DNA of 64,000 nucleotides from Tricharina praecox (Eukaryota): NCBI RefSeq assembly GCF_024521635.1, contig NW_026250430.1, positions 434,001 to 498,000 of the forward strand, read 5' to 3'. Shown piece by piece: positions 55,139 to 64,000 of this stretch (position 1 is its first letter; each line of letters starts with the position of its first letter). The notes under the pieces were generated by a model. It saw only the letters and a program-made list of their open reading frames with translations, ran no database searches and was not told where the DNA came from. The position numbers and the translations under genes were made by a program.

Positions 55139-57769
55139 CGTGAGTCGTGTAGGCCCTTAGGCTGGGGTGGGTGGATGGGTGGACCGTGGACCGTGAATGG
55201 GTTGATAAGTAAGGAACCGAGTGACCACCAGCGGCAGATGGTGGGCAGAAAGTGGCTGCGGTACCGTATGCTTCGGTTACTTTATCTTTATCGTGCTGAA
55301 ACCCCCGTCGTCGAGAAGCTGCCGGGAAGCCGTCTAGAAGCTGCCGAGAAGCCGGCGAGAAATAGTTGCGCGCGTAAATGTGTAAACTTGTGAGATCAAC
55401 TCCTCTCGATTCCGGAAACGAGTGATTGATGGTAGACAAAGGCGGCTATCTGTGCTGTCCTGCGCATGCGAGCCTATTGTTGCTGTCGTCGATCGAAAGC
55501 TTCGAGGAAAGAAAGGAGGAAACGAATGTATGCTCTACATGCAAAGAGCTCGGCCGCTGCTCGCGCGAGGAAAGCAGCGGATGTCGCAGTATTCATACTT
55601 TCTCAATCCTGTGTTTATAGGTTTAACTGATATGATACTGCGGTGGATATTGCAGGTCCAGCCTTCCAGGCACGGTACCTTTGATACATGCTCTACATGG
55701 CAAGACATGGCAAATACGACACACTGTGGGCGGCGGCGGCAAGGACCAACCACGTACGCCCACCGGGGTGGGTATTGATGCAATGGATGCCGGGCGGCTA
55801 GGTAGTCGCATCGACTCGTGAGTCTGCCCTATAGAGTACCGGTATATCCGTGCAAGCAACAAAACAAGCATTGGAGAAGAAGGAAATGTCCCGGGATTCA
55901 AGGGAGGGAGAGCGGTTACCGGTAATCCTCCGGGCGATCGCCCTGACCGGTATGTACCGGTACTCTACATAAATATATATGGCGATACACATGGGGATAG
56001 GTAAGGCTGGGATCTGAGTGGATGTGAGTGGACGCGCTCGGTGCGTGTTTCGTCTCATAGTGGTCGGGATTGTGGTCGGGATCGCGATCGCGGTCGGCGG
56101 GGGGTGAGAACGGGAAGGGTGGAGGACGGGGGTGAGGACGGCAACGGGGGACGGGGGTGATCGACGAGAGCAGCTGCGCAGCGGCGCAGATCGCAGTTGC
56201 TTAATGTCCTTAAAGTCCTTAGATGAGCGGGTGCGGAGGATAAAACGGACCAGGGTTGCTTCGGAGTGAGCGAGCGGCGAGCGTTGAATGTTCTTCGCAC
56301 TCATCTGCGGTACCTGCCTCGCAGCGATGCAACATGGAGCATGAAGCCCGTTGTGAGCACCATGTACCTGACATAGGTACCAGTATTTATCCCGAGAACG
56401 GAGAACCAACGGACATGGGCGCCGGTCCGTAGAATGGGTGACATCGCGTGATTGTGTTGAAGTTGTTCAGGTTTCCCTGGTGGCTACTGGACAGTCGACA
56501 AGTAGGCAAGTACATGCTATATACACAAGAGTTGGAAGTTGATATCCACCACAGCTCATGAGCGTCTTGAGTATGGAATATACAATATGGAATATGGAAT
56601 GTGGAATGTGGAGTGGATGAGTGCTTCCAGTTGCGAACTACCCGGCATTCACCGCGCATGATTGATGCGATGCGGAGTAACGACATATTGTACATACATA
56701 CTTCATACAGTCCGATGCTCCGCACCTGTTTTTATTGTGCCCTTACCCCTTCCTATTCACTACTACCGACTTGCTCTTCCCGTGGTCTCTTACTGTGTCC
56801 CATAGTCTCTTCATGTGTGTGGTCTCTACCGCGACCGAGCGCCTTTCTGGTTCCGTTCCAACTTTGATCACTCACCTACAATTACAGAACACTTCAGCCG
56901 CACTACCAGCGCAGCCAGGGAACTTCGCCAAAAGACTCGGGACTGTCGGATTCGTCGTTGAGTGATCCTACACTCAATCTACCAATATCCGTACCTATCC
57001 GCCCATTTCCGCCCATATCCGCGGCGGACGCGGTGGAGGGACTGTGGATATGTGCAGCTAGTGCCTCTGTAGGGGGTGGGTGGGTGGGTACGGGGAGGTA
57101 GGTACACATGGCGCCTGCGCGCCCGGTGGATCGTGGCTACTATATACCGCGAATTGTGAGTTGGAGGTTGTTATGTACATACGGGGTGGATAGGGGTGGC
57201 CCTGCGTAGTACTCTACTTGCGCTGCGATGTGGCGTGCTGGATATAAAATTGTTGTTGGGTGGCCCAGTAGGAGGCCGAGTAGACGTCACTCGCGTTCGG
57301 TCTTCGCCGGGTTTCGGCGAGAGGGGTTGAGTTCACACCGTTCCGCTAAAAGCACATGAAATTGAATGGACGTGGCGAGAGAGGGCTGGTAGCATTGTTA
57401 CTGCTTGTATGCTATATCCCCGCTTGATACAGTGATCTCGATTCATCGAGTAGGCAGCGGAAGTACCACCCATTGACCGGGCGAGAGGAGTATATCCTAC
57501 TTACATACAGCAGGTACCTTTTTTTTACCAACAATAATCACGATAACTTCAGCCAACGATACAAGCTTTGCACCATCCCTCGAATCACTGGAGCAGAAAA
57601 GAAAGACCATGCCGTGAGCGCGGCTTAAGTAAGACAGGGCAGCGACCAGACAGGATGCGTATTACATAGCAAGAAAAGGCAAGGAAAGAGGAAGAGAAAG
57701 AGAAAACGCGTAAACAAACCCCAACCAACGCCCATTCAACCGCACACATCCCTTCTTCAGGCAATTAGC

Positions 57770-59866
57770 TTACCCCATCCGGATGATACCTGTCATGATA
57801 TTAGCTTGAGATTCGTACAGAGGGGGTGGCGGACACGGGACTTACCAGCAGCCATGAGCTTCCGGATCTTGGTGCCGATCATGGGATTCTTCATGTGCTC
57901 GTTCAGCGCCTGCGGGTTCTGCTTGGCCTGTTGAAGGATGCTCTGCATGATAGGGTCGGAGATGATCGAGACGAGCTCCGGGTCGCGCTGGATGCGGGCC
58001 ATGGTCTGTTCTTCGGTCTCGCCGTCGCGCGAGGAGTACATGACGCCCATGCACTTCCTACTGGTCTCCTCGATCTCGCGGGTGTGCTTGTTCTCGGTGT
58101 CGGCGGCAGTCGCCTGGTCGCAGGCATCGAGACACTTAGAGTAGTCCTTCATGGCAAGGAACAGCTGGGCCTTGCGGATGTATGCGCGCATGAACTTGGG
58201 ATCCTTCTTAATCGCCAGGTCGCAGTCCTTCACCGCCTCGGGGAGGGAGATGAGCTTCTGGAGGGCAGCGGCGCGGTTGGAGTAACCACGGGGGTCTTCG
58301 GGCGCACGCTTGATCATCTCGGTGTAGGCCTTGACGGCACCAGCGAAGTCGGCGGCCTTGAACAGACGGTTGCCCTCCTCGCGAGCCTCCTCGGCCTTCT
58401 CCGGGTCGATGTACGATTGCCGCTCAGTATCTATCTTTTGCTTCTCGACAGCGCGCAGCTTGGCGAGAACCTCCGGAGTGCGATGCTCGGTGAGCGAGTG
58501 CTGGTAGTATTCAATGGCCTTGGCCAGATCGCCCATCTTCTGGTATGCAGTTCCGATACGACCGAACGCCCTGTTCCTGTCAGTACTGCATCTTTAAAGT
58601 TCTCGGCGCGGGGACATACTTAGCAACGAGCTTGAAGTCCGCACGCATTTCACGACCCTCCTCGATGGCCTTCTTGCATGATTCGATACAGCCCTCCAGA
58701 TCGCCAGCCTCGTACTTTGCCGCGGCGAGGTTGTTCAGGTATGTAATATCCTTGCACAGCTCCCACGCCTTTGTGTAATGCTCGATAGCAGCATCGAACT
58801 GACGCCTCTTGTAGTTCTCGGTGCCGAGCGCCTTCTCCTTGTCCGCCTGCTCCTTCGCCTCCTTTTTCGCCTTCGCATCGTCATCTTCCTGCTGTGCTTC
58901 CTGCTGTGCTTCGGTGTATGATGGTGCGTCACTCATGGGTGCATCGAATGTGCTGTTATTACCCCGTGCGATATCTGCCGCCGCCTGCGCCGCGTTCTCG
59001 GGCATCTCCATCTGAATACCGAGCAAGACAGCAATAACCTGCATCATCCTAGGATCCCTCAGCTCCTCCTGGATGGCGCTGGGATCTCTTCGAACACGGT
59101 TCAGCTTTGCCATGAACCCCGGGTCGGCGAGCAACGCGGAGGTCTTTGGGTTCCCCGCGAGCTTCACCATGAAGTCGGGATCGGAGAAGATCTGGCCCAG
59201 ACCGAGGTCGGGAGACGACACGCCGTCTTCTTCGGCTTCCCGACGGATCGCCTCGTTCACGGCGGCAAGACCGGATTTGGCTTGGGCGTTCGAGGGATCC
59301 ACTTTCAGGGCCTGCTCGTAGGCGTCGAGAGCTCCGACTATAGTAGAAGGCGTTAGTCACGTAATGCTTGCACGAAGAGAAAGAGTGAGCATACTGAGAT
59401 CGCCCTTTCCGTGCAGCGCAGCACCCTTCCGCGAGTAACCTTTACCCCAATCCGGCTTCAAGTCTGCAGGCAATCAAATCAGCAGCTGCCACGCACGGCG
59501 AGAGTATCCGAATCTCGTACCAGTAGTCTTAGTTGCATCGTTCAGGGCACCATCGAAGTCGCGAATCGACGCATAGCAAGCGGAGCGGTTCGAGTAGAGG
59601 ACGTGATTACTTGGGTCGATCTCGATTGCTTGAGTGAATAGCGAGCTGTGGAACAACGGTCAGCACGAGCGAGCGGCGAGCGGCGACCATCAACGCGAAC
59701 GGAACATACATGGCTTTGTCGAAATCCTTCGCAGCGAAAGCTGCGTTTCCCTCGGCTTTCAACTACACACGGATCGAAAATCGCGTCAGTCGTCGGGCTC
59801 TCGCGGGCGGCAAGCGATGGATATATGGGATGTAGTGAATGGGGGGAGAATTACCTGGTCAGCCAT
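57770..59866 (-). CDS. STI1: Hsp70/Hsp90 co-chaperone Sti1/HOP (multi-exon, TPR and DP domains)
   Basis: MADQ-LKAEGNAAFAAKDF, NHVLYSNRSACYA, DPRMMQVIAVLLG, SLTEHRTPEVL, YIDPEKAEEAREEGN, DPIMQSILQQA, KLMAAG-IIRMG. Confidence 0.96.
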
Positions 59867-60069
59867 GGCGATGGAGTATCAAAGGCAACAGTAGAGGTAG
59901 AGGAAGGTTGAATGTAAATTTCTGTTGAGTGAGCACTGGTGAGTTATAGTTGAAGGTGTTTGAGAGTTTCTTGTTGATTGAGTTGTGTGGAAGGGCGAGA
60001 GGAGAGGTGGGAGAATTAACGGGCGAAGCTAGGCGCGGGGTTGCAGCAAAGAACACGAGCGAAGGAGAC

Positions 60070-60096
60070 GGAAACTTCGAGAAGAGCGAACATTCC
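60070..60096. promoter_or_regulatory. Heat-shock element upstream of STI1
   Basis: gGAAacTTCgaGAAg is a perfect nGAAnnTTCnnGAAn, followed by GAAcaTTC; about 200 bp from the STI1 ATG. Confidence 0.75.
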
Positions 60097-61426
60097 ATTT
60101 GCATACCACCGCATGAAATGTCGCGATACAAAACATCCGCGACCATAACCGACAGTTATCGTGACCGTGACTATGATACTCTAGCTCATTCCGAATTGAC
60201 TTTCTCATCTCTCCCTCTGAATGTCGCTTTTCACGTCATAAACACACTATGCGGGGCAAGCGGCTCTGCTGCATGTGATGATCAGAGCTGAATCCTCTTC
60301 TTATCGGGCAATGTGGCGGGCAGGTGGCTGGTGTTCCGTGCAGGGGCCAGTGCACCGATTGTGGCTCCATGTGGCGTCGGGTCTCGTTGTGGCTCTCTCA
60401 CCGGGCCGCAGCCAACCCACGAGCCTCTCTCACACTGATAGCGGCAGTCCGAACCCCACGCCAGCAGTCAAGTAATCCATGACCAAGTTCTCGTTAACTA
60501 TCTGCATACATTCGTTGAAATGCACAGCAGAAGGAAAAAATTAGGGTAACAGCAGCTGCAGCACAGCGCTAGAAATCCGTTGGAATTTACTAATGCCATT
60601 ACAGCTGTCTTTGGGGTTCGTCGGACTCACTGTCTGCTGTGAGGAATCGGGACTGCGATGCAGAATGGCCATTATCGTGGGAATTTCGTGGACGTGACAA
60701 GATCGCCATCGTCATCATCTTCGTCATCCGTCCATTGCCCATCCACCACCACCCCCTTCATCCATCTTCGTCTGGCTGCTCTCCTTGTCCTTCTATTCCC
60801 GTAGCTCTGAGGGACTGACTCTGCGCACCGACTGCCTGCTTTCGTGTGCCTTGCTTGTTGCTGGCTTTCCGGATCCACCCAGTCATCCAGCCTCCTTCTG
60901 CTATCTTCTTCGCATCCCCTTTTCCTCTTCTCATCCTCGTTTTTCGACTCCCATACGACAAAAACCCAACTCACGCCGAACCTCTAATCTTCACGCCCGC
61001 TCCGCTCTCGGCGCCGGCTGCCTGTCTTGCCGAATTCAACTCTCGTAGAGTAGTGTCCCGCTTACGCCACCCCGCCTGTTTCGTCACACGCCAAGCCCCC
61101 AAAAGTGCCAGTAGTTGCGTCGCCATCCCCAACTGCTCGCAAAGCCACCACCACCAACAACCTTCATCACTACACCCAGCCCCGTCCCCTTTCTCGGTCA
61201 ACGACAGGAGAGAAAGAAACGGTGAGATAAAACCCTATCCTTTGATTCCGTGATTGTCGGTCTTGGAAGGAAGGCTGTCAGCGCTAACGCGGGTGTCCGA
61301 CAGCCAGGCACGACCAAAAGACCTATCTACTCCTGCTCCGTGCTCGTTCATCCGTTCAATAGTTTGACACCTCCCTTCCCCGGCACACCTTCATCACAAA
61401 CACACAACCCCCGAAAGTCCGACACC

Positions 61427-63337
61427 ATGTTCAGCGGCCTTGTTGGAGGATACCGTGACCCCGTGCAATCAACGCATGCGCGCCGGAGGTCATCCTTGAA
61501 CAGTGCGTAACCCGACATTCCGAGATGCGCAAACAGCCCAGAACGTACTGACACGCCTCCCGCGGAACAGGCAACAAGTCAGGCGGCGATGCTGGCGAGT
61601 CCGAGGAAGAGATGATTGTTGATGACAGCGAGAAGAGCAGTTGGTAGCCTACAATCCGGGCATGCGCGTTGAACAGTTTTGCTTACGTGTGGGTTGGATG
61701 CGAACAGTGTTGATGGCAATCATCTCGCAGTTGCGGCCCGGTGCGGATCTGAGTAGAATCACCCTGCCGACATTCATTCTAGAACCCAGGAGTATGCTGG
61801 AACGGATCACGAAGTACGTGTTTATCCGTCCCCGGGATCCATTTAGTTCCGTGTCCGGGAAGGCGACGCTGACTGGGCCGTACTACCAGCTTCATGCAGC
61901 ACCCGGAAACCCTGCTGCCGATGTCGACCATAGATGATCCCGAGCAACGCTTCGTTTCTGTCGTCAAGTTCTACCTGAGCGGATGGCACATTAAACCTGC
62001 GTATGTGTGTCCCATCCGATGTTCCGCTCTCCGGGTTCTGACATATCCGGTAGCGGCGTCAAGAAACCCCTAAACCCGATTCTCGGCGAGCGCTTCACCT
62101 GCCACTGGGACTTTGCGGCGGCCCCGGGAACCCAGGCCTTCTACATTGCCGAACAGACGTCGCACCACCCACCGAAATCGTCGTACTTTTACATGGCGCC
62201 CCACCACCACATCCGGATTGACGGCACGTTGAAGCCGCAGTCGCGCTTCTTGGGAAATTCTGCCGCGTCAATGATGAACACCTCTGTCGTGATCATGCGG
62301 TTGCTGAACCGCGGCACGTCGGCAGGGAAACAGGGTGGAGGAGAGAAGTACATCCTGACGCAGCCAAACATGTATGTGCGCGGTATCCTGTTCGGTAAAA
62401 TGAAGTACGAGCTTGGGGACCACGCATATGTTCGGTGCTCAGAGTTGGATCTGGTCGCGGATATCGAGTTCAAGGTGAAGGGGTTCTTCACCGGCGCGTA
62501 CAATGCTATTGGCGGTTTCATCAAGCGGGAGAGCACCGGCGAGAACCTGTACGAGATCACCGGTAGCTGGAACGCGGACATGTACATCAAAAACCTGATG
62601 GTGAGTTTACTTGGCCGATGAATACGGCAGCGATGCTAACGATTGAAAGACGGGGAAACGGGAGCCGTTGTTCGACGCTACGCAGACCGCCGCGACACCG
62701 CCGACCGTACGACCGATCGAGAAGCAGGATGAACGCGAGTCTCAGCGGCTGTGGTATGAAGTCGTTTCCGCTCTCAAAAGGAGGGACCAAGATGTTGCCA
62801 CCGCCGAGAAGTGCAAAATCGAGGACCGGCAGAGGGAAGAGGCCCGACTCCGTGAGGCGGATGGCGTCGAATGGCAGCCCCGGTACTTCCGACCCGTCGA
62901 GCCTGGCACCGGTGACGAAGATGCGTTGGACTTCATCTTAGCGACACATATGTAAGTTCCCTCTCCCGTGACCCTCACCACTCATTCAACTAACTCCACA
63001 TAGCAACGAGGAAGCCTCACCCGAGGAACAAATCAAGCAAATCTTACAAATCGCTCCGATAGTAGATGGTGAACCGCGGCCCAGCAAGTACGACATTCCC
63101 CCACACCACCCCCACAATGACGCGCCTCACCAGGCACTACCAATAGGTAACACCGCTACGGATACACCGGGATCGGAGTCGGGACTAATCGACTTTTCGC
63201 CGCAAGTAGTAGGACAAGCACCTGCGTCACTCGGAGGTCCCCAGCTGGTACCGACGGATAAAGGAATCGCGCCCGCTGGCCAACCCAAACCTAGGAGTGT
63301 CAACAGCGACGATGAGTTTGTTGACGCGCAGAGTTGA
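61427..63337 (+). CDS. Oxysterol-binding protein homologue, Osh6/Osh7-type (multi-exon)
   Basis: ISQLRPGADLSRITLPTFILEPRSMLERIT, KKPLNPILGE, EQTSHHPP and KCKIEDRQRE; GT-AG introns; last exon 63004-63337. Probable 5' UTR intron at about 61222-61303. Confidence 0.93.
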
Positions 63338-64000
63338 TTGGTTTCTTACCCTTTTTTTTTTCCTAGACTTTTTTCTTGTTTTCGTTTCAACAATGGGCAT
63401 AACATCGCGATTTGGGTTTCGTTTTCCTTTCTTTCTTTTCTCGTTTCTTCATCACATCGGAGTTTGCGAGCTGGTTGTGTGGGGGAGTACGAAGTAGACT
63501 CTTTTTTCTTTTTACCTTCTGTCGTTTTGTTTTTTCATTTTGGGGAGGGGGGTGGGTGTAGAACGGGGAGGGAGAATTTAGACGGACGGGACACACACTC
63601 GGGCTTCCCCGTTTGGATATGGTCATAGGTGTTAACATATAAAAGCTCAACCTTTTATCGCAATCGGTAGTTTCTCGTGAGGGAATTGCAGCGGCGGTCC
63701 GAGGAAGGAGATGGATGATGCGAATGCGAAGTAGTAGTGATAGTGCGTGATAATGAGAAAGCGATTGATGTGAATGTGTTGAATATAGATGGAACGACAG
63801 ATATAATTGATTCGATACAGAAAAAAGTATCGTCAGCGGCGAGGCATCTCTTTATATGCACGAGTGATGTGCCGCCTAAAGTTCGCCGCCGCCCAAAGTT
63901 CGCCGCAGCCGCGTAGCCAAATGCTCGTCGAGACTCAGCCTCGACCCTTCACCGTTAACCTTATTCGTGCCGACGTCTCCGGGCGACTAATGTTTGACAG

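Noticed and set aside
1..64000. tRNA or rRNA genes
   Set aside because: None recognised by eye; tRNAscan-SE/Infernal would be needed to exclude them.

Overview
Intron-containing filamentous ascomycete DNA (Pezizomycete-like by inference only). The right part (46.9-63.3 kb) is ordinary housekeeping sequence: a VOC/glyoxalase-family gene, UGP1, a small tail-anchored protein, STI1 with an upstream heat-shock element, and an Osh6/Osh7-type oxysterol-binding protein. The left 46 kb is an accessory region with two tandem microprotein arrays that the ORF track largely misses. Family A has about 12-13 same-strand genes (mostly 8.4-17.4 kb) for 40-66 aa secreted prepropeptides. They carry X-Pro/X-Ala dipeptide pro-regions, C-terminal [EDQ]W-x-[RK] and/or CxxC motifs, and a shared TCTGAATACGAGGT promoter element. 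Family B has 10 copies of a 0.9-1.7 kb unit (2 on minus at 17.6-24.6 kb, 8 on plus at 33.6-46.5 kb), each encoding a ~60 aa protein with an N-myristoylation-type start and a RanBP2/NZF-like zinc finger; 7 copies are intact and 3 are disrupted. Also present: a CorA-like pseudogene, a large Ala/Pro-rich protein with three helical repeats and a frameshifted tail anchor, an FMP42-like MFS transporter, a hAT-type MITE, a TA-flanked MITE and two solo LTRs. All calls come from manual reading; no database searches were run.
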